Positions 1-9,402 of a stretch of 64,000 nucleotides of DNA are shown here, piece after piece. The translations under genes were made by a program, and so were the position numbers. Source of the stretch: Actinomycetota bacterium (GTDB lineage: Bacteria > Actinomycetota > Acidimicrobiia > Spongiisociales > UBA4744); assembly GCA_013152275.1 (NCBI GenBank), contig JAADGS010000018.1:80136-144135 (forward strand), given 5' to 3'. The notes beneath the pieces were generated by a model that saw only the letters and a list, made by a program, of their open reading frames with translations, was not told where the DNA came from and ran no database searches. Positions within the stretch are counted from its first letter, which is position 1, and every line of letters starts with the position of its first letter.

Positions 1-5
1 ACCTG

Positions 6-557
6 ATGGGTCGACACGCTGCGCCCGGGCTCGGTGGGTTCTTCAGGGAACTCGGTATGTTCTCGCTGAAGGTGCTCTTCTGGGGCGTTGTCGTGTTCGG
101 CGGGGTGTTGCTGATTCCGAAGTTGCTGGGAGGATCGACGAGCACCTCCACCGCGGCGGTCCTTGCGGAGGTGACGACGACGGCTCCCACCACGACGGCT
201 CTTATCACGACGGTCCCTACGACGACGGCCCCCACCACGACGGCAGCGGTCCTTGCCACGACGACGATCGCAGTTCGTGACCCGTCGGAGGTGCAGGTCC
301 AGGTCGTCAATTCCACCGATCGCAACGGACTCGCTGCTTCCCTCAGTGAGGCACTCGCGACCCGTGGCTACGAGATGGCGGATAGCGACAACTACTCGCA
401 GACGCTCGACACGACACATGTCTGGTACTCGAGCGGTTTCGATCGCGAAGCGGCCGTGCTGGCATCCGGGTTCGTGCCGGGTGCGATCGTCGAGGAAGCG
501 CCCGAACCGTTGGACGTCGACATCCTCGTGGTGATCGGCGCTTCGTACAAGGGGTGA
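6..557 (+). CDS. LytR_C-domain cell-envelope protein with an N-terminal TM helix and a Thr/Pro-rich linker
   Basis: Translation shows a hydrophobic N-terminal helix, a TTTAPTTT-type tandem linker (encoded by tandem acgacg repeats) and a C-terminal block VQVVNSTDRNGLAAS...GFVPGAIV typical of LytR_C. The ORF starts 5 nt inside the window, so the N-terminus may be incomplete. Confidence 0.6.
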   Translation: MGRHAAPGLGGFFRELGMFSLKVLFWGVVVFGGVLLIPKLLGGSTSTSTAAVLAEVTTTAPTTTALITTVPTTTAPTTTAAVLATTTIAVRDPSEVQVQVVNSTDRNGLAASLSEALATRGYEMADSDNYSQTLDTTHVWYSSGFDREAAVLASGFVPGAIVEEAPEPLDVDILVVIGASYKG

Positions 558-1438
558 ATCGACTCAGCGGAAACCGCGGGAAGAGGCTACCTACCGGCTT
601 CTGGGTGATTTGGGCGTGGCTGATGGTGGTCCTCGGCGGCGTGTCGATCGCCGCGGGCATCGTCGGCGGGGTCCTCGCTCCGAGCGTGATTCTCGACATC
701 GTCTCCTTCTGGCCGCTGCTGGCGCTGGCAGCGCTGGTCGCGGTGGCTTTCCGTCCGTGGCGTCGAACCGACTCCTCGCGCATCGGTGCGATCTTTCCCA
801 TGCTGCTCATCACGGTCCTCGGGGTGACGGTGAGTCTGCACCTCCTCGGATGGTCTCGACTCCCTTCCGCGGCAGCGGACCTGACCGGACCGGGATCGGA
901 CACGGCTTCGGTCGTTTCGTTGAAGGTCGATCTGCCCGGGAAGCTGGTCCTCGATTCGGGAGAGGGTGCTCTCTACACGGTCAAGCTCGACAGGGAGGGC
1001 GGACGTCTCGGGGTCCCGGAGGCGCTGGAACGTGGGGGCGGCGAGGAGACGATGTTCATCGAGATCCGTCAGAAAGACGGTGGACGATGGTTTCGGACCA
1101 ACGGATGGGCGATTCGGCTCGCCCCGGAGCCGGCATGGAATCTGTCGCTCACGTCTCCGGAGTTCGCCGCCGACCTTCGATCACTCGACGTCCGGTCGGC
1201 CGAGTTCTCGGGGAGCGGAAGCGTCCTGCTGGGGCCACCCGTCGAGGGGATGCTCGTCGTGGTGTCCGGGTCCGTGGTCGTCGAAGTCCCTTCCGGCGTG
1301 CTCGTCGAGGTGAAGGGGACGGCGACGGTGCCTGGAGGGTGGGAAACGACGAGCGGCGGCTACCGATCCGCGGGGCAGGGCCCTGCCATCGAGGTTTCTG
1401 TAACCGAAGGGTCGCGAGTGGTGATCAAACAACGATAA
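554..1438 (+). CDS. Membrane protein with 3-4 N-terminal TM helices and a beta-rich C-terminal (toastrack/DUF4097-like) domain
   Basis: GTG start at 554 overlaps the upstream stop (GTGA). The N-terminus is hydrophobic. The C-terminus has repeated G-x-V-x-V strands (LVVVSGSVVVEVPSGVLVEVKGTATV). Confidence 0.5.
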   Translation: MNRLSGNRGKRLPTGFWVIWAWLMVVLGGVSIAAGIVGGVLAPSVILDIVSFWPLLALAALVAVAFRPWRRTDSSRIGAIFPMLLITVLGVTVSLHLLGWSRLPSAAADLTGPGSDTASVVSLKVDLPGKLVLDSGEGALYTVKLDREGGRLGVPEALERGGGEETMFIEIRQKDGGRWFRTNGWAIRLAPEPAWNLSLTSPEFAADLRSLDVRSAEFSGSGSVLLGPPVEGMLVVVSGSVVVEVPSGVLVEVKGTATVPGGWETTSGGYRSAGQGPAIEVSVTEGSRVVIKQR

Positions 1439-1450
1439 GCTGAGGGCCCA

Positions 1451-2698
1451 ATGACGAAACTCCCAGGATACGAGCAGATCAAGCGAGCTGGGATCGTGTC
1501 GTGGAGCGTGGTCGGAGCGATTCTCCTCCTTGTCGCCCTTGTCTGGCTTGCAGAGGCCGTCAGGGTGGTCTGGCCGCCGTTGGTACTGGCCGTCGCGCTG
1601 ATCTATCTGCTGGCACCACTCGTCGATCTTCTCCAGAGACACCACGTCCACCGGTTGGTCGGATCCTGTCTGTCCTACCTGTTGTTCATCGGTCTGATGG
1701 TGCTGATCGGGTTCCTCGTCGTGCCGATCATTCAGGATCAGTTCCAGGAGTTCGCCGACCGGGTTCCTCAGATCGTCGACGACGTGGGTGTGTTCGTCAC
1801 CGACGTAGGCAGGCGGTTCGGCTTCGCCGTCAACGTCCTCGACATGCAGTCGATCCAGCAGTGGGCGGCTTCGTTCTTCAGTCCGGAACGAATCCAGGAG
1901 ATTCTTGGTCAGGCGGGAGCGTTTGCACGCACCGGCATGCAAGTCATCGCAGTGTTCGCACTGGGTCCTGTCCTCGCGTTCTACATCCTCATGGATCTTC
2001 CGGGTATCAAGCAGCGGACTCGGAATCTGCTGCCGGAACGGGTCCGCGCTGAGATCGTGCATGTGTCGACGCAGGTCGGGAGAGTCATGGGCGGGTTCGT
2101 GCGGGGACAGCTTCTCGTGGCGCTGATCGTCGGCATTCTCTCGAGCATCGGACTGCGGATTCTCGGGGTTCCCTTCTGGCTGGTGATCGGGATGACCGCC
2201 GGTCTGTTGAACATCATCCCGTTCATCGGGCCGTGGGTCGGCGGCGCCCTGGCCGGCCTGCTGTCGCTGCTGTTCAAGGACGCTGCCACCGCCATCTGGT
2301 CGGTAGCCATGTTCGCCGCGGTCCAGCAGTTCGACAACCACGTGATCAGCCCGAACATTCTCAGAAAGCGGGTGCAACTGCACCCCGTATTCATCCTGCT
2401 TTCCCTGCTCCTCGGTGCATCGCTGGGCGGGTTCTTCGGTCTGCTCGTCGCGGTGCCGGTGGCCGCCGTCTTCAAAGTCGTGGCCGGGCACTTCTGGAGG
2501 ACGAGGGTGCTGGGAGAGTCGTGGGAAGAGGCCGCCGAGGCGGTGGCGCCGGAGTACGTTCCTCCGGGCAGGGAGAGTTTGATGGCGAGACTTCGCCGTG
2601 GCGGTTCGATGCACGAGTCGCACGACGAACCGGGCGGCGAGCCGGATGGCGAAGCGGTTCAGACCCGCACGGATACCGAGGATCCGGCGTCCCGGTAG
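1451..2698 (+). CDS. AI-2E family transporter (PerM/UPF0118)
   Basis: Has 8 predicted TM segments in the characteristic AI-2E arrangement plus conserved blocks (LAPLVDLLQR, NIIPFIGPWVGG). GAGGG lies 4 nt upstream of the ATG. Confidence 0.85.
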   Translation: MTKLPGYEQIKRAGIVSWSVVGAILLLVALVWLAEAVRVVWPPLVLAVALIYLLAPLVDLLQRHHVHRLVGSCLSYLLFIGLMVLIGFLVVPIIQDQFQEFADRVPQIVDDVGVFVTDVGRRFGFAVNVLDMQSIQQWAASFFSPERIQEILGQAGAFARTGMQVIAVFALGPVLAFYILMDLPGIKQRTRNLLPERVRAEIVHVSTQVGRVMGGFVRGQLLVALIVGILSSIGLRILGVPFWLVIGMTAGLLNIIPFIGPWVGGALAGLLSLLFKDAATAIWSVAMFAAVQQFDNHVISPNILRKRVQLHPVFILLSLLLGASLGGFFGLLVAVPVAAVFKVVAGHFWRTRVLGESWEEAAEAVAPEYVPPGRESLMARLRRGGSMHESHDEPGGEPDGEAVQTRTDTEDPASR

Positions 2699-2917
2699 GT
2701 CCGGGTCAAAGGTTTTCTTGGTGTGCCGATGACGGCTCCCGACACGTTGCACACCCGACCGACGTCCTGATGAAGCGACGTTCGAGCATGATCGGGCAGC
2801 GATCTCCTCGACATTTCGCGACGTGCCTTGTTTAGAATGCTCGCCATTCCCGACTCGTTCGGGAAGGACTGACGGCGAACACGATTGGGCGTCTTCCAGA
2901 TGCTCAGAAGGATCGAT

Positions 2918-4177
2918 ATGAACGGACACAAAAAGACATTTTTCCTCCTATTGGTGCTGGTTGTATTTGCGATGGTCGCTGCAGCCTGCGCCGGCCCGGC
3001 GACGTTGGAGGACTTCACACCGAAGGATCCAAGCTTGGGCGGAGTTCTCATCGGAGCCGATGAGCCGATCAAGATCGCGACGTTGCAGGCCATGAGCGGC
3101 GCTGTGGCCAGCCTTGGCCAAGACCAGGTGCGCGGTGTCGAGATCGCCATCGACGAGAAGCCGGAGATTCTCGGCCATAAGGTCGACTTGGCCTTCAAGG
3201 AAGACGACCTTTGCAGTTCCGAGGGTGGTACCACGGGTGCTCAGCGGATCGTGTCCGACCCGCAGGTCATCGGTGTTATCGGGACGAGCTGTTCGGGCGC
3301 CGGTGTTCCGGCATCCAAGATCGTCTCCGAGGCCGGACGTGTCATGATCTCGGGATCCAACACGTCGCCTGTGCTGACCGAAGTTGGGGGAGTGAAGGGC
3401 GCGGCATGGCAGCCCGGCTACTACCGGACGGCCCACAATGACGCCGTTCAGGGTGCTGCCGCAGCGAACTTCGTGTACACGAAGCTCGGCCTGACCAAGG
3501 TCTCGACGATCAATGACGGTGACCCGTACACGCAGGGCCTGACGACTGCGTTCGGCAAGTCGTTCAAGGATCTCGGTGGCGACATCGTTCTGGCAACGGC
3601 CATCGGTGCCACGGACACGGACATGCGGCCGGTGCTGACCGAGGTTGCGGCCTCGGGCGCCCAGCTGATCTTCTTCCCGATCTTCCAGCCTGCGGGTGAC
3701 TTCATTGCCGGCCAGGCGAAGGAAGTCTCGGGGTTGGAGGACGTGAAGCTCATGGGTGCAGACGGTCTGCTGTCGGACACCTACGTGGTGCTTCCGCAGA
3801 CGAAGGGCATGTACTTCTCGGGTCCTGCCACGCCGAAGACGGCGGCCTACGCCGACTTCGTGAAGACCTATGAGTCCAAGTTCGGTGAGAAGCCGATTCA
3901 GGCGTTCCACGCGCAAGCTCACGATGCGGCCATCATGCTGCTCGACGCGATCGAGGCCGTCGCCCAGCAGAAGGGTGACGTGCTGTACATCGACATGAAG
4001 GACCTGCGCGACGCTCTGTACAAGACGGACATACAGGGGTTGACCGGGCACATCGTCTGTAACCAGTTTGGTGACTGCGCCGATGCCGTTATCGACATCG
4101 TGCAGAACACCGATGCCACGGCGGACATCACTGCGGTGAAGGCGAACGTGCTGTACGAGTTCAGGCCCGGTCAGTAG
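2918..4177 (+). CDS. livK: Branched-chain amino-acid ABC transporter substrate-binding lipoprotein (LivK/LivJ family)
   Basis: Lipoprotein signal with lipobox VAAAC. Periplasmic-binding-protein type I fold motifs are present. RBS AAGGA sits 7 nt before ATG 2918. The track ORF starts earlier at 2885. Confidence 0.85.
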   Translation: MNGHKKTFFLLLVLVVFAMVAAACAGPATLEDFTPKDPSLGGVLIGADEPIKIATLQAMSGAVASLGQDQVRGVEIAIDEKPEILGHKVDLAFKEDDLCSSEGGTTGAQRIVSDPQVIGVIGTSCSGAGVPASKIVSEAGRVMISGSNTSPVLTEVGGVKGAAWQPGYYRTAHNDAVQGAAAANFVYTKLGLTKVSTINDGDPYTQGLTTAFGKSFKDLGGDIVLATAIGATDTDMRPVLTEVAASGAQLIFFPIFQPAGDFIAGQAKEVSGLEDVKLMGADGLLSDTYVVLPQTKGMYFSGPATPKTAAYADFVKTYESKFGEKPIQAFHAQAHDAAIMLLDAIEAVAQQKGDVLYIDMKDLRDALYKTDIQGLTGHIVCNQFGDCADAVIDIVQNTDATADITAVKANVLYEFRPGQ

Positions 4178-4253
4178 CGATCGACGAGACTATGGGCGTT
4201 GTCCGGCGCCGCCTCGTGGCGGCGCCGGATAATGCCTGAGGTACCACCTGACT

Positions 4254-5333
4254 ATGGCAGAGCAAATGGCTGTGGATCATGTCCACGTACGGCGTGTCGG
4301 TTTCGTCACGGTCTTCCTGTGGGGGATTCGTATCCTGGCGATCCTGGCGATCGTCTACGGCTCCTGGGTCAGTCTTGCGTCCGGGAGGCTGACCGGAGAT
4401 CAGTGGAAAGACCTGATCGTGTTCGGTTTCGCGCAGGGCTCGATGTACGCGCTGATCGCTCTGGGCTACACGATGGTCTACGGCGTGCTGAAGTTCATCA
4501 ACTTTGCCCACGGCGAAGTGTTCATGAGTGGAGCGATGATCGGGTTTTTCGCCGCCGACGCGCTCCAGAACGCGGGGTTCTGGAACGCCCATCCGGTCCA
4601 GTCACTCCTCATCGTGCTCCTCGTGAGCATGACCACGTCGACCACGGTCGCCGTGTTGGTCGAGCGTATCGCCTATCGGCCGCTTCGCGGGGCCCCGCGG
4701 CTCATCCCCCTGATCACGTCGATCGGCGCGTCGTTCACTCTGCAGTACCTGTTCAAAGGCCTCTTCGGTGCCGGCACCAAGTCGTACCCGCCGATGGAGG
4801 CCCTCAAGGGCGCATGGGACATCTTCGGATTCAGGATTCTGAAGAACCAGTCGGTCGTCATCGTGGCTTCGCTGGTCATGATGGCCGGCCTCTACCTGTT
4901 CGTGGAGAAGACCAGAACGGGCCGGGCGATGCGAGCCGTTGCCGAGGATCCTGAGACGGCCGCGCTCATGGGTGTCAATGTCGACAGGACCATCGTCAAG
5001 GTCTTTGCCGTCGGCGGAGCCATGGCCGGGACCGCGGGTGCCCTCTGGGGCCTCGTCTTCCCGACCGTCAATTTCCTCACCGGTTTCTTCCCTGGCATCA
5101 AGGCGTTCACCGCGGCCGTGCTCGGCGGTATCGGTAACATCGCCGGCGCGATGCTGGGCGGCGTGTCTCTCGGTCTGTTCGAGGGCGTCGGACCGAGCCT
5201 GGTCCTTGCGGGATTCCACGTTCCGGCATTCAATCAGCTGCGCGATGTCGTCGCGTTCGTGGCCCTCGTTCTCGTTCTGATCTTCCGCCCGACCGGCATT
5301 CTCGGTGAGCAACTCGCGGAGGAACGAGGGTGA
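4254..5333 (+). CDS. livH: Branched-chain amino-acid ABC transporter permease LivH
   Basis: Carries the LivH signature FINFAHGEVFMSGAMIGFF and about 8 TM segments, and sits in operon order directly after livK. Confidence 0.85.
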   Translation: MAEQMAVDHVHVRRVGFVTVFLWGIRILAILAIVYGSWVSLASGRLTGDQWKDLIVFGFAQGSMYALIALGYTMVYGVLKFINFAHGEVFMSGAMIGFFAADALQNAGFWNAHPVQSLLIVLLVSMTTSTTVAVLVERIAYRPLRGAPRLIPLITSIGASFTLQYLFKGLFGAGTKSYPPMEALKGAWDIFGFRILKNQSVVIVASLVMMAGLYLFVEKTRTGRAMRAVAEDPETAALMGVNVDRTIVKVFAVGGAMAGTAGALWGLVFPTVNFLTGFFPGIKAFTAAVLGGIGNIAGAMLGGVSLGLFEGVGPSLVLAGFHVPAFNQLRDVVAFVALVLVLIFRPTGILGEQLAEERG

Positions 5334-7120
5334 GTACGGCAGCAGCGATCGATACGCGCGGGACAGCCGGGCTGAGACCGTCCCGGCCCGTCGATCTGCG
5401 GCGCGCGATCAGGCTCGGTCCGCTGGCAGGCGTCGTCGCCATCGTGATGGCCGCCATCGGCATGGTCGAAACATTCGAATCGCGTGTGCTGATCGATCCG
5501 TTCCTGGCACTCGGCTACGCGGCCCTGTATCTGGTCCCATTCGCGTTCGGCTACGTCGCGGCTCAGCCGCCGGAGCAGCTGGAAGGCTTTGCTCCACCGA
5601 AGTTGGGGGGACGGAACGTCGCGGCCGGCGCACTCGCCGGACTGCTCTGCGGTGTCCTCCTGACCGGGTTCTCGCTGCTGGCCGGCGCCGTAGACCTGCG
5701 AACGACATTTCCTTCCGTTTCTCCGGCCATGGTCCAGCTCCTGCGATTCGGCCTCGGCGCCGGAGCGGCGGCCGTCGTGGTTCCCTTGGTGAGCACCGTC
5801 GTCGGGGCGTCCGGGGGCGTCGTGCACCTCTTGCCTGCTCGACTTCGCCGGAGCATTCTCTACAGCCTCGCATGGGTGCTGTTGTGGGGGTTGCTCGAAG
5901 ATGTGTTCCAGCAGTTCTTCCGTGGTTTCCGTGTGCCGGGACTCAACCAGATGCTCTATGCCCGCTCCGGTGGGCTCTCGGTGCGGGGAGCAGTCGTCAT
6001 CGGCATCGTCTTCTTCGGTATCTACTGGTACCTCGGTGGTCGCAAGACGACGGTTCGAGGCCGCTTCGAGCAACTGAATCAGCAGCAGCGAGTTCGGGTC
6101 TCCCTGGTGGCGGTCGTCCTCGTTTTCCTCGCGCTGGCGGTGCTTCCCAGCATCCTGGGGTCCTTTCTCTCCGAGGTGCTCGATCTCGCGGGTCTCTTCC
6201 TGTTGATGGCGCTCGGCCTCAACATCGTGGTGGGGTTCGCCGGTCTGCTCGATCTGGGATACGTGGCCTTTTTCGCCGTCGGCGCATACACGGCGGCAAT
6301 CCTGACGTCTCCCAACTCGCCGAGGTGGACGCCGGAGATGACGCTGTGGGGAGCGCTTCCGTTCGTGATGCTCGCCGCCGCCGTCGCAGGGCTCCTCGTC
6401 GGGGCCCCCGTGCTACGGATGCGCGGTGACTACTTGGCGATCGTCACGCTCGGTTTCGGCGAGATCGCTCGGATCCTGCTCAACTCGGAGGCGCTGGCGC
6501 CGGAGTTTGGCGGTGCACAGGGCATCATCAACATTCCGACGATGACCATCGGCCCGATCATCATCAAGACCCCGCAGAACTTCTTCTTCCCGATCTTCAT
6601 CTTCGTGCTGCTCGCCGTATACGTATCGCTGTCGTTACAGAAATCGCGGATAGGCCGCGCATGGATGGCGATGCGCGAGGACGAGTCGGTCGCGGAGACG
6701 ATGGGGGTGAACATCGTCACGGCCAAGCTGTCGGCGTTCATCGTCGGCGCGGTGCTGGCCAGCCTCGGAGGTGCGCTGTTCTCCGCCAAGATCGGGGCGA
6801 TCTTCCCGCACTCGTTCAACATCGTCGTGTCGATCACCGTGCTCGTGATCATCATCGTGGGTGGTATGGGCAGCATCCCCGGTGTAGCGCTCGGTGCCGT
6901 CGTGCTGATCGCGATGCCCGAACTGCTGCGCGAGTTCTCCGAGTACAAGTTCCTGCTCTACGGCGTGCTCCTGATATTCATGATGATCAAACGGCCGGAA
7001 GGATTCATTCCGAGTCGACGAAGGGCCAAGGAGCTGCACAAGGATGAACTGCTCCAGGATGCCTGGATGGATATCTACCAAGCCGACGCCGGGGATGAGC
7101 CGGCCGAGGGAGACGTGTGA
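5330..7120 (+). CDS. livM: Branched-chain amino-acid ABC transporter permease LivM with a long N-terminal membrane extension
   Basis: The C-terminal ~330 aa match LivM (LMALGLNIVVGFAGLLDLGYVAFFAVGAYTAAIL). The N-terminal ~270 aa add further TM helices. The start overlaps the livH stop. Confidence 0.8.
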   Translation: MSTAAAIDTRGTAGLRPSRPVDLRRAIRLGPLAGVVAIVMAAIGMVETFESRVLIDPFLALGYAALYLVPFAFGYVAAQPPEQLEGFAPPKLGGRNVAAGALAGLLCGVLLTGFSLLAGAVDLRTTFPSVSPAMVQLLRFGLGAGAAAVVVPLVSTVVGASGGVVHLLPARLRRSILYSLAWVLLWGLLEDVFQQFFRGFRVPGLNQMLYARSGGLSVRGAVVIGIVFFGIYWYLGGRKTTVRGRFEQLNQQQRVRVSLVAVVLVFLALAVLPSILGSFLSEVLDLAGLFLLMALGLNIVVGFAGLLDLGYVAFFAVGAYTAAILTSPNSPRWTPEMTLWGALPFVMLAAAVAGLLVGAPVLRMRGDYLAIVTLGFGEIARILLNSEALAPEFGGAQGIINIPTMTIGPIIIKTPQNFFFPIFIFVLLAVYVSLSLQKSRIGRAWMAMREDESVAETMGVNIVTAKLSAFIVGAVLASLGGALFSAKIGAIFPHSFNIVVSITVLVIIIVGGMGSIPGVALGAVVLIAMPELLREFSEYKFLLYGVLLIFMMIKRPEGFIPSRRRAKELHKDELLQDAWMDIYQADAGDEPAEGDV

Positions 7121-7908
7121 TGCCGCTCTTCGAGACGAAGGCCCTTCGCAAGACATTCGGGGGTTTGACTGCAATCAATGGCCTGGACCTGCACGTGGAG
7201 AAGGGTGAGATCGTCAGCGTCATCGGTCCGAACGGGGCCGGGAAGACGACCCTGTTCAACCTCATCACCGGAATGATGCCGCCGGACTCGGGCCAGATCA
7301 ACTTCGACTCCGAGAACATCGTCGGTCTCGCACCGAGCCAGGTCATCAAGCTGGGGATCAGTCGCACGTTCCAGAACGTACGGCTGTTCCCGACGATGAC
7401 CATTCGTGAGAACGTCATGGTGGCTCGTCACTGCCGTACGAAGTCGGGTGTCATCTCCGCAGTGCTCCGCACGCCGAAGTTTCGGCGGGAAGAGGAGGAG
7501 ACCAAGCGCATCGCTGAGGAAACCCTTGCATTCTTCGGGACCCGGCTCGTCGGATACCGCCTCGACCAGGAGGCATACATGCTGTCGTACGCGAATCGAC
7601 GCCGGCTGGAGATCGCCCGAGCGATGGCGTCGTCCCCGAAACTCATCCTGCTCGACGAGCCCACCGCCGGGATGAACCCGAAAGAGACGGCCGAGATCGC
7701 CCAGTTGATCGGTCGGCTTCGCGACAAGAAGGGGTTTACGATCTTGGTCATCGAGCACGACATGCGGGTCGTCAAGGGCGTTTCCGACCGTGTCGTCGTC
7801 ATCGACTACGGAAAGAAGATCGCCGACGGCAGCTACGAGGAGGTCGCTCACAACCCGCAGGTCATCGAGGCGTACCTGGGACGCCGGACCGAGAAGGATT
7901 CGAAGTGA
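7117..7908 (+). CDS. livG: Branched-chain amino-acid ABC transporter ATP-binding protein LivG
   Basis: Walker A GPNGAGKTT, an ABC signature and a LivG-type C-terminal extension are present. Start overlaps the livM stop (ATGA). Confidence 0.9.
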   Translation: MMPLFETKALRKTFGGLTAINGLDLHVEKGEIVSVIGPNGAGKTTLFNLITGMMPPDSGQINFDSENIVGLAPSQVIKLGISRTFQNVRLFPTMTIRENVMVARHCRTKSGVISAVLRTPKFRREEEETKRIAEETLAFFGTRLVGYRLDQEAYMLSYANRRRLEIARAMASSPKLILLDEPTAGMNPKETAEIAQLIGRLRDKKGFTILVIEHDMRVVKGVSDRVVVIDYGKKIADGSYEEVAHNPQVIEAYLGRRTEKDSK

Positions 7909-8636
7909 CTGCTCGGACACCGGTCCTCGAGATGGTCGGCGTCGATACCCACTATGGCGCCATTCAGATGCTCCGCGACGTCAACGTCGAGATCTACGAC
8001 GGTGAGATCGTCTGTTTGCTGGGCGGCAACGCGTCGGGCAAGACGACGACGCTCAAGACGATTCTCGGGTATGTGACGCCGTCGGACGGTGAAGTTCGCC
8101 TCGACGGCGAGAAGGTGAGTGGGCTTCCCACGACCAAGATCGTCGACCGCGGCATCACGATGGTTCCCGAGAATCGCAGGCTCTTCAAGCGGATGACCGT
8201 CAGAGAGAACCTCGAGATGGGTACGTATCTCAGGAGGGACCGCCGGGGAGTGGAAGAAGACCTCGAGCGGGTCTTCGATCTGTTTCCCCGGGTGAAGGAG
8301 AGGCTCAATCAGCGGGCCGGCACACTCTCCGGGGGCGAACAGCAGATGGTGGCCATGGGGCGGGCACTCATGGCGCGTCCGAAGGTGCTGTTGATGGACG
8401 AGCCCTCCATGGGGTTGGCGCCGGTGTTCGTCGCACAGAACTTCGACATCATCCAGCAGGTCAACAAGGAGCAGGGCACCGCCATCTTCATGGTGGAGCA
8501 GAACGCCAACATGGCCTTGTCGATCGCCGACCGTGGCTATGTGCTGCAAACCGGGAGGATCGTGCTCGCCGACACTGCCGAGCGGTTACTTGCGAACCCC
8601 CAGATGCGTCAGGCGTATCTCGGAGAGATCGACTGA
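7905..8636 (+). CDS. livF: Branched-chain amino-acid ABC transporter ATP-binding protein LivF
   Basis: Walker A GGNASGKTT, signature LSGGEQQM and Walker B LLMDEP are present. Start overlaps the livG stop. Confidence 0.9.
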   Translation: MTARTPVLEMVGVDTHYGAIQMLRDVNVEIYDGEIVCLLGGNASGKTTTLKTILGYVTPSDGEVRLDGEKVSGLPTTKIVDRGITMVPENRRLFKRMTVRENLEMGTYLRRDRRGVEEDLERVFDLFPRVKERLNQRAGTLSGGEQQMVAMGRALMARPKVLLMDEPSMGLAPVFVAQNFDIIQQVNKEQGTAIFMVEQNANMALSIADRGYVLQTGRIVLADTAERLLANPQMRQAYLGEID

Positions 8637-8663
8637 TCGAATCCGGGTCGAGACCGGTCTAAT

Positions 8664-9395
8664 GTGGCAGGGCAGATGGAGCCCATCACACACGAGATCG
8701 CCGCGACCGACGCCTACGCTCGAACCACCGAGGCGCTGGTCGTCGACGTGACCGGGCAGGGTGTCGTACTCGACCGGACCGTCTTCTATCCACGCGGAGG
8801 GGGTCAGCCCGGCGACACCGGCGTACTTCGGTGGGATGGGGGCAGCGTCGCCGTCACCGACACGATCCGTTCGTCCGGTGTCCCGGTTCACGTCCTCGAT
8901 GGGGAGCCACCGGCGGTGGGGACGACCGTGACCGCAGAGATCGACTGGGACCGTCGCCATCTCCTGATGCGCACTCACACCGCCCTGCACGCGCTCTCTG
9001 CGATCATCTGGCAGGACTTCGATGCCAAGGTCACGGGCGGCAACATGGAGCCCGGTGCCGCCCGGATGGATTTCGAGCTGGACTCGATCTCGGTGGAGTT
9101 CGGCCATCGCGTCGAGGAACGGCTCAACACCGAACTCGGCGCCGACCGTCCCATCCACGTGCTGTTCCTGCCTCGGGACGAGGCCCTTGCAGATCCGGAG
9201 CTGATCCGGACCAAGGTCAGCCTCTTGCCGCCGTCGATCGATCCGATCCGCGTGATCGAGATCGAAGGTCTCGACAAGCAGGCCGACGGAGGGACCCACG
9301 TCCGTTCGACGGCCGAGGTCGGCAGGGTCCGGGTCGTCAAGACACAGTCCAAGGGGAAAGGGAACAAACGGATGCGCATCGAGCTCGAGCGGTGA
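8664..9395 (+). CDS. alaX: Alanyl-tRNA editing protein AlaX-M (Ser-tRNA(Ala) deacylase, tRNA_SAD domain)
   Basis: Zinc-binding motifs HTALHAL and DGGTHV, at about 243 aa, match the AlaX-M class. Confidence 0.75.
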   Translation: MAGQMEPITHEIAATDAYARTTEALVVDVTGQGVVLDRTVFYPRGGGQPGDTGVLRWDGGSVAVTDTIRSSGVPVHVLDGEPPAVGTTVTAEIDWDRRHLLMRTHTALHALSAIIWQDFDAKVTGGNMEPGAARMDFELDSISVEFGHRVEERLNTELGADRPIHVLFLPRDEALADPELIRTKVSLLPPSIDPIRVIEIEGLDKQADGGTHVRSTAEVGRVRVVKTQSKGKGNKRMRIELER

Positions 9396-9402
9396 TCGAC
9401 TC

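Noticed and set aside
1181-2929. 582-aa minus-strand ORF
   Set aside because: It is antisense to the well-supported AI-2E transporter gene. Long stop-free antisense frames are expected in GC-rich DNA, and it carries no recognisable motif.
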